Source of the DNA: a virus
IMG/VR virus record: IMGVR_UViG_3300034069_000634
Location: 1-64,000 of that record
Strand: one strand, 5' to 3'
DNA length: 64,000 nucleotides
Shown one piece after another: positions 18,415 through 27,669 of this stretch (position 1 is the stretch's first letter; every line of letters starts with the position of its first letter). The position numbers were made by a program, and so were the translations under genes. The notes beneath the pieces were generated by a model. The model did no database searches. It saw only the letters and a list, made by a program, of their open reading frames with translations, and was not told the origin of the DNA.

Positions 18415-18520
18415 GTTAGGGAGCGAATCAAGATCGTTCCGCAGGGCTTGGAAAAAGCATAAGCCGGATCGTCAGGGCTGACTCTAAGGGTCGGTCCGCC
18501 TTCGACGATCCGGAAGGGCG

Positions 18521-19036
18521 ATGAACGGTAGACCTAAGAAGCCGCTCGATCCCCGGGCCGTCGTCGACGGGGCGGCGCGAGCGATGCGCGAGCCCGAGAC
18601 GCTTCTCGCCGATGCCGCCAAGAAGGCACGCGAGACACTCGTCGATCCGCCCGAGAACGACCTCGCTCAGACGGTGCTCACGGCTCGTCGATTGCTCGGC
18701 CGTGAGTTGCGCGAGGAGGACATCGGCAAGTCGCTCCACGGGCCGGACGAACTCGTCCGGTTCCCGCGTTACCTGATCGACTTCTTCGCCGCGGTCGGGA
18801 CCGATGAGGCCGCGACGCTCCTCGTCCTGTCCTCGCTCAATGACGACGAACTCGCCGCGATTCTCAAAGTCGCTCGACGCGAGGCCGATCGCACGGTATT
18901 CCATCGGGTCTGGAGCGCGACATGGAAGGCCGGTCTCGCGATCGCGATCCCCGTTTACGGATTCGCGAAGTGGGGCTACGAGCAGGTTCCGTTCTTGAAG
19001 GAACTGTTCGGATACCTGAAAGGTCATAGCGGGTGA
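18521..19036 (+). CDS. hypothetical protein
   Basis: 171-aa ORF. Confidence 0.45.
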   Translation: MNGRPKKPLDPRAVVDGAARAMREPETLLADAAKKARETLVDPPENDLAQTVLTARRLLGRELREEDIGKSLHGPDELVRFPRYLIDFFAAVGTDEAATLLVLSSLNDDELAAILKVARREADRTVFHRVWSATWKAGLAIAIPVYGFAKWGYEQVPFLKELFGYLKGHSG

Positions 19037-19497
19037 TAAAGATCCAGCGCCGATTCGTATTCGCTCTGCACATCTTCGGCGCCCTGTTCGTCCTCGCGCT
19101 CTTTCCCGTTATCGCGTTCCAAGCCGGCGATTGGCATTGGCCCTACATCGTCCAGGCGATCGACGTCGCGCCTGATCCGGTCGAGCGTGGAGGCGTCCTA
19201 AAAATCTACGCGACCCGGACGTATCTCGACAATTGCGATCTCCGCTTCGAGCGCCGTGTCGAGAGCGTCGCGGATCCTGATCATCCGCCGATCATCCTGC
19301 CACTTGAAGAAACCGCGACACCCTGGCGCTTCAACGGACGACCGCAAACGCTCGCCGTCTCGATTCCGAAAAGTTTCCCGTGCGGCTCGGCACAGATTCG
19401 GACGGTCCCGACCGCGGCGTGCAACTGGCTTCAGAGTTATTTCCCGCAGCGCCAGCGCGACGCCCTGACGCCGTTCGAAGTTTCATGTGACGGATAA
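19033..19497 (+). CDS. membrane-anchored protein
   Basis: 154 aa with a GTG start and an N-terminal hydrophobic segment. Confidence 0.45.
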   Translation: MIKIQRRFVFALHIFGALFVLALFPVIAFQAGDWHWPYIVQAIDVAPDPVERGGVLKIYATRTYLDNCDLRFERRVESVADPDHPPIILPLEETATPWRFNGRPQTLAVSIPKSFPCGSAQIRTVPTAACNWLQSYFPQRQRDALTPFEVSCDG

Positions 19498-19510
19498 GGA
19501 CGCGCCGAGA

Positions 19511-20230
19511 ATGAGGCTCCTTCTATCCCTATTCCTTCTCGCCTTCGGGACGATCTCTGCGCCGGCTCAGACGACGCGCTCGGCTCTCTCACAGACGGAC
19601 TGGACCGATATCTGTACGGCGCCGTGCTCCGTTGCGACACTCTCCGGGATTGCCGCCCTCGTCGTGAACCCAACGCAGCCGGCGACGATCGACGTGCCTG
19701 GGATCAGTTGGACGCCGGAGAACGGATTGTTCCCGAACCCGACCGCTGGGGCTCACGTCTACGCCCGTGCGATCACGGCAGGAACCTCGGTCGCCTCGAT
19801 CCCCGGAACGGCATCGTCCGGAGCTTCTGCCTCGACTGGCGCCTCGACCCAGGCTCCGGCAGCAACCGTCCAGATGTCCTTCTCGCGGATGCCGTCGTCC
19901 GCGGCCGGCAGCAACGCAACGCTTGCGAAGTCCGGCGCCGGCCGGACGACCATGTATCAGGGCTGCAACACGACCGCGACGACCATCTATATGCGCCTGT
20001 ACGATGCCGCAACCGTTGATTCCGTGACGCCCGGAACAACGCCGGTCCTCGCCGGACCGTACCCCTTTCTCGCGAATAACTGCGCGCCGTCGACGAGTTT
20101 CGCAGGCAGTGCCGGCGTCTCGTTCTCGAACGGTCTCGTCTACGCCTTTGGCTCGTCTCCAACGGACGACGACACGACTGGAATCGACGCCGGATCAATC
20201 ACGGCGTTTCAACTTGGGTATCAGCAGTGA
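19511..20230 (+). CDS. secreted protein
   Basis: MRLLLSLFLLAFGTISAPAQT signal peptide. The ORF is also open from GTG 19487. Confidence 0.5.
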   Translation: MRLLLSLFLLAFGTISAPAQTTRSALSQTDWTDICTAPCSVATLSGIAALVVNPTQPATIDVPGISWTPENGLFPNPTAGAHVYARAITAGTSVASIPGTASSGASASTGASTQAPAATVQMSFSRMPSSAAGSNATLAKSGAGRTTMYQGCNTTATTIYMRLYDAATVDSVTPGTTPVLAGPYPFLANNCAPSTSFAGSAGVSFSNGLVYAFGSSPTDDDTTGIDAGSITAFQLGYQQ

Positions 20231-20661
20231 TGCGGCGCCTCGCTCCTCTTTTCGCTCTTCTGCTCTTCGTCGCTCCGGCCTTCGCGCAGAGCACGCAGAG
20301 CATCCCGTTCCGGCGGATCAGCGACCCGGTTCAATTGACCGTCGCCGCGACGCCGACAATGACGATGGTTCCGCAGGACCGTCTCAAGGATCCGAAGAGT
20401 GGCCAGCGCGTCACGAGCTTCTACGTCGTCAACCCGAACTCGGTCTATGTCCGGTTCAAGGGGTTCTCGACGGCTGCGGACTGCGCGAATCAGGCCGTGA
20501 CCCCGACGACCGGCTGGCTCGTCCCGCCGGGCTTCGTCGGCGTGTTCTCGACGCAGTATCCGATGTGCGGATCGACGCTCGCCGTCTCGATGCCCGGCAA
20601 CCCGATTACGAGCGCGACGACGTACGCGCCCCTGGAGTGGTCGTATGGCTTCGGTCAGTAA
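20227..20661 (+). CDS. secreted protein
   Basis: [20 protein letters not shown] signal peptide. Confidence 0.5.
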   Translation: MMRRLAPLFALLLFVAPAFAQSTQSIPFRRISDPVQLTVAATPTMTMVPQDRLKDPKSGQRVTSFYVVNPNSVYVRFKGFSTAADCANQAVTPTTGWLVPPGFVGVFSTQYPMCGSTLAVSMPGNPITSATTYAPLEWSYGFGQ

Positions 20662-21757
20662 GAGCCTTCTCGCCGCCGCACTCGGGCTCCTCGTCTTCGC
20701 AGGCGCGCCGGCCGGTGCGTTCGTTCGGCAGAATGGGACAGGACAGCAGGGCATCGCCGGACCGACCGGGACTCCTGGCGCGAACGGCGCCGTCGGTGCT
20801 CAGGGTCCAATTGGCCCCGCCGGAAAGGATGGTCTTCCGGGTGCTCAGGGGCCAGCCGGATCGACAGGAGCGGCCGGCGCCAAGGGCGATACGGGTGCGA
20901 CCGGCACTCAGGGTCCGCAGGGCATTCCTGGCGCAAGTGGAGCAACGGGTGCGACTGGTCCGTCGGGTGCGACTGGTCCGTCGGGTGCAACGGGTTCGCA
21001 AGGAATAAAAGGCGATACGGGCGCGACCGGTGCGCAAGGAATTCAGGGCGCGAAAGGCGATACCGGATCCGCGGGGCCGCAGGGCGCCACAGGCTTGACA
21101 GGCGCGACCGGCCCGACTGGAGCAACGGGCGCGAAAGGCGATACGGGCGCAACGGGAAGCGTTGGCGCAACCGGCTCTCAGGGTGTGAAGGGCGACACGG
21201 GAGCAGCAGGAGCGACCGGACCGCAAGGGCCGATAGGAGCGACCGGCGCGACTGGCCTAACGGGTGCGACAGGCTCGGCCGGTCCTACAGGTCCGAAAGG
21301 CGATACCGGTGCGACAGGTGCCCAAGGGCCGATCGGCCTGACCGGAGCGACTGGTCCGACAGGAGCGACTGGTCCGACAGGAGCAACCGGTGCAACTGGT
21401 CTCCAAGGTGCTACGGGTGCAACTGGACCCGCCGGAATCGTCCCGACTTACGGCCCGAGCGGTCTTCGGACCGGCGCGAAGGTCTGGGTTGGATCGGTCA
21501 CAGCCTCGAACGGCCTCTGGTCCGTCTCGATCTCGTCCGCTGGATGCACGGCCGCGCCCTACAACGTTCAGGCCCAGGCCCAGGGCGTCGACGCGACCGC
21601 GGCCGGTGTCCGGATGGCGAACGTCTCGACGGTCACGACGACGACGATCTCCGGGAACGTCTCGCAGGCCGCAACGGTCTCGCTCCTCGGCGTGCTGTCG
21701 CTCAATCTCGCTACAACCGGAACGCCGACCGTCTTCATCGAGGCGTGGTGCAACTAG
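20645..21757 (+). CDS. secreted collagen-triple-helix-repeat protein
   Basis: 370 aa with a signal peptide, about 78 uninterrupted Gly-X-Y triplets, and a 106-aa globular C-terminus. Confidence 0.7.
   Translation: MASVSKSLLAAALGLLVFAGAPAGAFVRQNGTGQQGIAGPTGTPGANGAVGAQGPIGPAGKDGLPGAQGPAGSTGAAGAKGDTGATGTQGPQGIPGASGATGATGPSGATGPSGATGSQGIKGDTGATGAQGIQGAKGDTGSAGPQGATGLTGATGPTGATGAKGDTGATGSVGATGSQGVKGDTGAAGATGPQGPIGATGATGLTGATGSAGPTGPKGDTGATGAQGPIGLTGATGPTGATGPTGATGATGLQGATGATGPAGIVPTYGPSGLRTGAKVWVGSVTASNGLWSVSISSAGCTAAPYNVQAQAQGVDATAAGVRMANVSTVTTTTISGNVSQAATVSLLGVLSLNLATTGTPTVFIEAWCN
20735..21436 (+). repeat. coding Gly-X-Y (9-nt periodic) tandem repeat
   Basis: GATGxTGxxG-type triplets run throughout. 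This region generates the long spurious ORFs seen in other frames. Confidence 0.8.
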
Positions 21758-21820
21758 AATTTCGATTCTGGAGGGTCTACAACGGCCGCGGATGTTCCTC
21801 CCTGAACTCCGCCACACTTG

Positions 21821-21852
21821 ACCCCGCCTCGGGCTTCCAGGCGGGGTCTTTT
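21821..21852 (+). terminator. rho-independent terminator of the rightward structural block
   Basis: A 9-bp stem (ACCCCGCCT / AGGCGGGGT) with a 9-nt loop is followed by CTTTT. It lies between convergent gene blocks. Confidence 0.65.
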
Positions 21853-21857
21853 CGTAT

Positions 21858-22145
21858 CTACCAGCGCCCCAGGTTTCCGTTTGGATCCGGGATCGTTGCA
21901 TTCACGTAAAATCCTGTCGCGATCGTGACACCGTGTCCGAGGACGGCAATAGGAACCCCATCTCGGAAGAGCGTGACGATAGCGATCCGGTCTGGGCCGG
22001 TGTACGTTTCCGAGGCGTAGAGCGCGCCGCTCTTTCGCTCCATCAACAGGGCATCGACCAGCCGTCCGGCGAGATCGTAAATCCGCGCCTCGAACTCCGG
22101 CTCGTGCTTCGGGGCGGTTGCCAGGATCTCGTCGATCAGGTTCAC
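21858..22145 (-). CDS. hypothetical protein
   Basis: 95-aa ORF, the last gene of the leftward block. Confidence 0.5.
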   Translation of the reverse strand: MNLIDEILATAPKHEPEFEARIYDLAGRLVDALLMERKSGALYASETYTGPDRIAIVTLFRDGVPIAVLGHGVTIATGFYVNATIPDPNGNLGRW

Positions 22146-22537
22146 GACCCCGCCTCCTTCGCACGTGCCCGCTCGATCGCGATGTCGTAGGCGGAGATTA
22201 CCTTCCGGTGTCCGTCGGGGCCATCGTTCAAGAACGCGACGTGCCGGCTTTTGAGCACCGGGTCGACGATCGGGAAGGGATCCGGCTCGACCTCGTACGC
22301 CGCGGCGTTGAGAAGTTCGGTCGCCTGGTTCCGGGCTGAATCAATTTCCCCAGGACCGACATATTTTTCCGTTACAGAAACGAGAGCGCCGAGTCCGCAC
22401 CAACGACAAGCCCAAGGCGCCGCCGGATGCACCTTCATGCCGGTCCGGTCCCGAGCAAGAGCACCGGTCGCGTGCCTTTCCGGATCCGCGATCAGTTCCC
22501 GGCCGGCGAGGAGGAGGGCGAGTGCGGTCGTGGTCAT
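22142..22537 (-). CDS. conserved phage protein, paralog family (ADPE(R/H)W..G..ARD..C(W/F)C..GA)
   Basis: 131 aa. It shares motifs with 22534..22926 and 40754..41074. Confidence 0.55.
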   Translation of the reverse strand: MTTTALALLLAGRELIADPERHATGALARDRTGMKVHPAAPWACRWCGLGALVSVTEKYVGPGEIDSARNQATELLNAAAYEVEPDPFPIVDPVLKSRHVAFLNDGPDGHRKVISAYDIAIERARAKEAGS

Positions 22538-22926
22538 CGTTCGATCTCCGTCGCGTTCTCCCGAGCGGTTTCGATCTGAATCGCGAGGTTGTAAGCATCG
22601 AGAACCAGCTTCCGGCTTGTGTCCCCGAAATAATCATTAAGGTAAGCGATGGGTCGAAGAGATCCGGAATGTTTCATCTCTTCCGGCTTAATTTTTTTCG
22701 CGGCCACATCGAGAGTCTGCCCAGTCAAAGGACCTTCTCGATCATGTGCTCCGAGGCGATGAGCGGCATAAAGAACCGCTCCGTACGCGCAGAACTTGCA
22801 AGCCTCTGGCTCATCGGGTCGGCGAATTTCTCCTTCGGAATCTCTTGCGAGATGCCCCTGCGTCCAACGCTCCGGGTCCGCGATGATCGTGCGGGCAGCG
22901 ATTAGGATCTCGGATCGCTTGGTCAT
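22534..22926 (-). CDS. conserved phage protein, paralog family (second copy)
   Basis: A GAGGGAGGGAA SD precedes ATG 22926. The upstream Arg-rich part of the 235-aa ORF is discarded as non-coding. Confidence 0.55.
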   Translation of the reverse strand: MTKRSEILIAARTIIADPERWTQGHLARDSEGEIRRPDEPEACKFCAYGAVLYAAHRLGAHDREGPLTGQTLDVAAKKIKPEEMKHSGSLRPIAYLNDYFGDTSRKLVLDAYNLAIQIETARENATEIER

Positions 22927-23300
22927 TAGAAATTCCCTCCCTCGGGCTCGATGTCGAGCGTCTGTGACAGCCAGAGCCGCGTCGGAAGGCCGACTTTCTC
23001 GCTCGTTGCGTTGAACTTCTCCGCGACGGCCTCGGCGAGGTCGATCCCGGCCGCCTGGGCGAGGAGGTCGGCGCAGATGATCACGTCGGCGATCTCGCTC
23101 GCGAGATCCTCCTTCGAGGCCCGCGAGCCGCGCCAGCCGAGCCTTTCGCGTTCGAGCTTCTTGACGACGTTCAGGGCCTCGCCAACCTCGCCGCCGAGTT
23201 CGACCGCACGAAACGCGAGATCCGGAACCTGATCCGGGCACCAGAGCTTCTGGCGCTCTTCGTTCGCGGCGCGGAGCGCGCCGAAGGATAGGTCGTTCAT
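22926..23300 (-). CDS. MazG-like nucleotide pyrophosphohydrolase
   Basis: 124 aa with LGGEVGEALNVVKKLER..EIADVIICADLLA (an EExxE/D-type MazG pattern). This is only the 3' part of the 328-aa ORF-track entry. Confidence 0.6.
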   Translation of the reverse strand: MNDLSFGALRAANEERQKLWCPDQVPDLAFRAVELGGEVGEALNVVKKLERERLGWRGSRASKEDLASEIADVIICADLLAQAAGIDLAEAVAEKFNATSEKVGLPTRLWLSQTLDIEPEGGNF

Positions 23301-23620
23301 CGTGCGTTTTCCTTGGTTCCGAGGGTGAGAGGTGCGAGAGCGTGCGCTCGCTCCTTTGCAGCTTCTGCCTCGATCCGTGACTTTTCCTCGACCGCGGCGA
23401 AGTACCTTCGGATCGAATCGCGGCCGTCGTGGGCCATGGCCTTCAGGTAATCGAGCGCGGCCTTCTTCTTGCCGCCGGACAACTGGACAGCAATCTCCAG
23501 CGTCAGCATGTGGACCGCCGCGATCGCGATCTTCGGCGGATGCTTCGGGAACTCGGCCTTCATCCGCGCGGCGAGCGCCGCGGCCTGGGCGTGGTCTTCG
23601 GGGGTAAGTTGGATCATCAC
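23297..23620 (-). CDS. hypothetical protein
   Basis: 107-aa ORF coupled by overlap. Confidence 0.5.
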   Translation of the reverse strand: MMIQLTPEDHAQAAALAARMKAEFPKHPPKIAIAAVHMLTLEIAVQLSGGKKKAALDYLKAMAHDGRDSIRRYFAAVEEKSRIEAEAAKERAHALAPLTLGTKENAR

Positions 23621-24033
23621 AGGCGCTCCCAGTTCTTTTCGACCCAGTCGGCGATCTGGGCGAAGGTGATCCCCTCGTCGTTTGCCTCTGCAAGGCTCTT
23701 GAAAATTCGACCGGCGATCGTGAGCGTTCCATCTTTCGGCTCACCCTGAGGACCGGAAAATCCGAGGGTCTCCATCGTCCTAGCTTCGAGCGCCTCGTAC
23801 TCGCCGCCGATCCCCTCGTCGTCCTGCGTACCGTCGAGGACAAACTCGTCCTTTCGTGTTTCGATATCGTCGCCTTCGACTTCAACGCGCCGCGGTACGA
23901 GCTTAAACCCACCGATGACGACCGCTCGCCCGAGGCAGCAGTAACCGACGCCGTCGTGCAGGACGGACGTGCATTGCTTGTTGTTCGGGTCGCGGAGGTC
24001 GGCGACCCAGCGTTCGGCGAATTCCTTGTTCAT
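23617..24033 (-). CDS. hypothetical protein (GYCCLG motif)
   Basis: 138-aa ORF coupled by overlap. Confidence 0.5.
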   Translation of the reverse strand: MNKEFAERWVADLRDPNNKQCTSVLHDGVGYCCLGRAVVIGGFKLVPRRVEVEGDDIETRKDEFVLDGTQDDEGIGGEYEALEARTMETLGFSGPQGEPKDGTLTIAGRIFKSLAEANDEGITFAQIADWVEKNWERL

Positions 24034-24038
24034 GATTC

Positions 24039-24245
24039 TTACTCCATCCCGAGTTCGTCGAGTTTAGCCAGGACCTTCCGGACGACCGCGTCGCGGTTCG
24101 CGAGCCGGGGATCGCCGGACGAGAGGAGCCGCGCCGTGGCGGCGTAGATCGCGTCGAGTAGGCGGACCTCCTCCTGATAGTCAGCCAATTGCTGCGCCTC
24201 GTAGGCGCGGGCGATGGCGTCGGATTCTTCGATCTGATGGGTCAT
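24039..24245 (-). CDS. hypothetical protein
   Basis: 68-aa ORF. Confidence 0.45.
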   Translation of the reverse strand: MTHQIEESDAIARAYEAQQLADYQEEVRLLDAIYAATARLLSSGDPRLANRDAVVRKVLAKLDELGME

Positions 24246-24248
24246 GGT

Positions 24249-24422
24249 TCAGGCTCCGATCTTGGAGAGGCGTCGCGCGAGGCGAGCGGTGTATCCGGCA
24301 GCGAGGTCGGCGCGGAGGCGGTGAGCCTCGGCCAGGGCGCGGAGGTCGCCGGCCCGGTACTCGACCGAGCGGAGGACGGCATTCAGGCGGTTCACGAGGA
24401 CCGCGGAGACCGAGTCTGTCAC
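24249..24422 (-). CDS. small hypothetical protein (57 aa)
   Basis: GTG start overlapping the upstream stop (GTGA). Below the ORF-track cutoff. Confidence 0.3.
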   Translation of the reverse strand: MTDSVSAVLVNRLNAVLRSVEYRAGDLRALAEAHRLRADLAAGYTARLARRLSKIGA

Positions 24423-24532
24423 CGGTCGTCTCCGCGATTGTCAAAGAAATTGAAGATTGCCCAGAGAGCGAGGGCGGGGCTCATGCCGAGGCCCGCACAG
24501 ACGAAGGCGGTGATTTCGGGGTGATGGGACAC
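24419..24532 (-). CDS. small hydrophobic protein (37 aa)
   Basis: A GGAGGA SD lies 7 nt before the GTG. It is the first ORF after promoter motif A. Confidence 0.25.
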   Translation of the reverse strand: MSHHPEITAFVCAGLGMSPALALWAIFNFFDNRGDDR

Positions 24533-24562
24533 TGTCGTATCCTCCGTTCGGGTACGAGGAGG

Positions 24563-24594
24563 AGTAAACCTGATCCCGACGAAAAAGAAAAGCG
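24563..24594 (-). promoter_or_regulatory. early promoter motif A: CGCTTTTCTTTT-N14-TTTACT
   Basis: One of 9 instances. An A-tract lies upstream. It sits 31 nt before the first start codon of the unit. Confidence 0.55.
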
Positions 24595-24650
24595 TTTTTT
24601 CGTCAGACTCGGTATTTTTTACGGTGTCCCGGGGTGATTCGGCTAGGGCC

Positions 24651-24956
24651 TCACCACTCCTCGATCTCCTCGGACTTCCGGCGCCGGTCCTCGATCTGCT
24701 CGTCGCGCGCCCGACGTTTGTAATCGTAAACCTCAGATCGGGTCATCATCCGCCAGTCGTCGGCGAGCGCGCGGAGTGGTTCGATCGGCTGACCGAGGGC
24801 CATTAGGATCGCAAGCGGCTCGATTTCAGGCGTGATTGACCAGTCCGGATATTTCGGAAGACCCTTCACGGAGAAGACCGCCTCGACGCCGGCCTCATCG
24901 GAGACGACATAGAAGTCGAGGCCCATCTCGACGCCATCAGGCAAATTCCCATTCAT
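24651..24956 (-). CDS. hypothetical protein
   Basis: 101-aa ORF. Confidence 0.5.
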   Translation of the reverse strand: MNGNLPDGVEMGLDFYVVSDEAGVEAVFSVKGLPKYPDWSITPEIEPLAILMALGQPIEPLRALADDWRMMTRSEVYDYKRRARDEQIEDRRRKSEEIEEW

Positions 24957-25165
24957 CAGCGCTTCCCCGCAAAAATCCCAAACAGCCAGTTCCCGACGCG
25001 CTTCGAGAGCGTGTCAGGGTACTGGACCGGCTTCATCGCACCGTAGCGGAGCGCGCAGTCGGTTTTCGGGCAGTGCTCCCGGCGCTCTTTCGTGTCGAAC
25101 AGGCCACACTTCGGACAGATATTCCGTTTCGCACCGTCGGTGATTCTCGATCTCGGATCAGGCAT
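24956..25165 (-). CDS. zinc-ribbon protein
   Basis: CPKC..C..C pattern. A GGAGGTGA SD is present. Confidence 0.5.
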   Translation of the reverse strand: MPDPRSRITDGAKRNICPKCGLFDTKERREHCPKTDCALRYGAMKPVQYPDTLSKRVGNWLFGIFAGKR

Positions 25166-25404
25166 CACTCACCTCCCAAGGCATATTCTGCCTTCCGGCC
25201 GCGACCGAGTTCCGACGAGCGGATGACCGGCCGCGGATCGTTCGAGGTCTTGAACCGCAGATACCGCATGATCGCGGAGATCGACGAGCGCCAGTAAGTC
25301 GGCCTCGGACGGTCGACGTAGAGGATCGCGGCGATCGCCTCCGCGTCGAGCGGGCCGCGTTCGAGCGCCTCCCGGATCTTTTCCTCGGACTTGGACAGTT
25401 TCAC
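25165..25404 (-). CDS. hypothetical protein (possible winged-helix)
   Basis: A GGAGG SD precedes a GTG start, which overlaps the SNF2 gene stop (GTGA). Confidence 0.45.
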   Translation of the reverse strand: MKLSKSEEKIREALERGPLDAEAIAAILYVDRPRPTYWRSSISAIMRYLRFKTSNDPRPVIRSSELGRGRKAEYALGGE

Positions 25405-27038
25405 GGTAGCGCCTCCAGCATCTCGCGATAATCGCCGATTCCGAGTTCCGATATACTCTTTTTTCTTTTCAGGTTCGCGAGAATCTTTCGGTCCCCGGAT
25501 CGGTTCGCGATCAGGTCGGTATGCGTGACGAGACCGCTCGCTCCGATCCGCTGGATCCGCTTCTCGCTCTGCCATCGATCGAGCGCTCGGTCGTCGTTCG
25601 AATAGTACAGGTCGGAGACGCACGCTCCCTGAAGGTTGAGGCCGGCGCCACCACATTGAGCATTTCCGACGAACACCTCGGCGCCCCGCGGCGAAAGGAA
25701 CGACTCGACGTTCTCGGCTCGCGCCTTGTCGGTCACGCCGCCGTGGTACTCGACGAACGTCCGTCCGATCCGGTCGAGGCGCTCGGCGATGAGCGCGATG
25801 TCCTGGCGGAACTTCGCCCAGATCACGATTTTCCGGCCGTCGTGCGCGTCGAGATACTCCTCCATCGCATTGAGCCGCGGGTTCTTGGCCGGCTCGACGA
25901 GGAGGTGAGCCCGACGATTCTCGTCGAGAACGAAGCCGTTCGAGATCTGTTGGATCTTAGAGGTCGCGACAGCCATGTTCGCGGCCGTAATCTCGGCACC
26001 GGATTCGAGTTCGGCGAGAAGCTCCTGTTTGAGCGCGCGCATCGCCGCGATCTGGCGCGGGTCGAGGTCGAAGGTCCACTCCTCGAAGACCGGCGGTAGG
26101 AGTCCGATGTCCTCCTGCGTCACCCGGAACGAGACCGGGTCGGTCAGACGCCGGAACTCGTCGATGTTGGTGTGGCCGACGACCTCCCGGCCCTCGTAAC
26201 CGCCCATCCGGCAGAAGCGTGCCCGGAAGGTCGTGACGTACTTGATCCCGAGGACCGACTCGTCGAGCCACTTCAACTGCGCCCATTCGTCGGTCAGGTC
26301 CTTGGCGATCGGCGTTCCGGTCAGGAGCGTTCGGACCGGGCTCGCGGCCTTCTTGCGGATCTCGTCCATCGCCCGCCAGCGCGCCGAGGCCGCGTTCTTG
26401 ATCTCCTGACTCTCGTCGGCGACGATGAACACCCGGCCGCGATGGGCAGTGACGAAGTCGAGCGCGGCGCGCTTGCCCTTCTCGGCCTTGGCGCCGTCAT
26501 AGTTGATCGCGAACACCTTCAGGCGCCCGTCCTTCACGAGAAGCGTCTCGGGAAGCCTGGACATCGGCCAGAAGGCACCGTCCCAGGCGTCGGAGCCGTA
26601 ATGCGCCGGGAATTGCTCGGCGATCCACTGCCGGTGCGGACCCTTCTTCGAGACGACGAGGACGGCGTCGATCCGGTTCTCGGCCCAGAGTTGCCCGGCC
26701 CGGTCGATCGCGACCTTCGACTTGCCCGTTCCCATGTCCATGAACAGGGCGAACCGGTCGAGCATCCGCCGGAGCGCCTCATCCTGATGCGGGAACGCCT
26801 TCGTCTTCGACACGTACGGCGGTCGGTCGGATTCGAACGCCTCGACCTCGGGCGTCGGATCAGGGGCCGCGACGCCGGGGAGCATCCGGATCCGTTCGAG
26901 GTTGTGGCCAGTCGGCTCGAAGTGCAGTCCTGCGGGGCTCCAGCGCCGACGGCCTTCGAGCCGGCCGGCGACGAACAGGACGTCGGGCGTCGCCGCGGTC
27001 CGGAGGAGAGCGGAGGTCTCGGTGAGTTCGAGGATCAT
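25401..27038 (-). CDS. SNF2-family helicase
   Basis: Motifs MDMGTGKSKVAI (Walker A) and DESQEIKN (DExx), plus C-terminal helicase motifs. The ATG is coupled to the deaminase stop. Confidence 0.8.
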   Translation of the reverse strand: MILELTETSALLRTAATPDVLFVAGRLEGRRRWSPAGLHFEPTGHNLERIRMLPGVAAPDPTPEVEAFESDRPPYVSKTKAFPHQDEALRRMLDRFALFMDMGTGKSKVAIDRAGQLWAENRIDAVLVVSKKGPHRQWIAEQFPAHYGSDAWDGAFWPMSRLPETLLVKDGRLKVFAINYDGAKAEKGKRAALDFVTAHRGRVFIVADESQEIKNAASARWRAMDEIRKKAASPVRTLLTGTPIAKDLTDEWAQLKWLDESVLGIKYVTTFRARFCRMGGYEGREVVGHTNIDEFRRLTDPVSFRVTQEDIGLLPPVFEEWTFDLDPRQIAAMRALKQELLAELESGAEITAANMAVATSKIQQISNGFVLDENRRAHLLVEPAKNPRLNAMEEYLDAHDGRKIVIWAKFRQDIALIAERLDRIGRTFVEYHGGVTDKARAENVESFLSPRGAEVFVGNAQCGGAGLNLQGACVSDLYYSNDDRALDRWQSEKRIQRIGASGLVTHTDLIANRSGDRKILANLKRKKSISELGIGDYREMLEALP

Positions 27039-27643
27039 CGACGACCTTCCGCCTTGTTGAGGTTTTCGATCATGCGGCCAGCGAAGACGTACCAAGTCCG
27101 AAGGGCCATATCCTCCGGCTTCAGGATCTCGCGGGATTCGATCGTCGAGCCCGATTCGGAAAGACGGCCGATCGCGTAATCATCGAAGCTCCAGCGCCGC
27201 GGCTCGCCTGAGACCTCGATGAATGCTGCCCCGTACGAAACTCCGGCCTCTCTGAGCATGTCAGACGCCGCGTCCCATTGCTCGTTGTCACCGCCGAACC
27301 GGCCAGGGCCGTATGTGAACCGAGAAACTCCTGCGGCGATCATCTCGCCAGCACAGGCCGAGCAGCACCGATGCGTGCAGTACACGGACGTGTTCTGCGT
27401 TCGGATCCCGTGATATGCGGCGGTAGCGATCAGGTTCCGCTCGGCGTGGTTCGCGAACAGGTACTTCCGTGGCCGCTCCCGCCGATCCGGGAGATCGCGG
27501 ACGCCAGGGGCCGGGCCGTTGAACGCCGTGAGCAGGACGCTCCGGCCGTTCGGCGCAACGAGAACGGCGCCGACCTTGGTCGCGTCCTTCGACTTCCGCG
27601 CGGCGTGCTCGGCGAAGCCGTACAGGTACTCGTCCCATTCCAT
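27035..27643 (-). CDS. dCMP (deoxycytidylate) deaminase
   Basis: HAERNLI (HAE) and CTHRCCSACAGEM (PCxxC-like) zinc motifs. Confidence 0.75.
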   Translation of the reverse strand: MEWDEYLYGFAEHAARKSKDATKVGAVLVAPNGRSVLLTAFNGPAPGVRDLPDRRERPRKYLFANHAERNLIATAAYHGIRTQNTSVYCTHRCCSACAGEMIAAGVSRFTYGPGRFGGDNEQWDAASDMLREAGVSYGAAFIEVSGEPRRWSFDDYAIGRLSESGSTIESREILKPEDMALRTWYVFAGRMIENLNKAEGRR

Positions 27644-27669
27644 TTTTCGTCTCCTTCGGTTCGGCTGGG

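Noticed and set aside
20735-21436. Highly periodic repeat region, considered as a CRISPR array or non-coding tandem array.
   Set aside because: The period is 9 nt within a continuous ORF encoding Gly-X-Y collagen triplets. There is no repeat-spacer architecture.
22926-23912. 328-aa ORF-track entry, considered as a large fusion protein.
   Set aside because: Only the last 124 aa (MazG-like, with its own ATG at 23300) look like protein. The upstream part overlaps two better ORFs in another frame and is Arg/Ser/Pro-rich.
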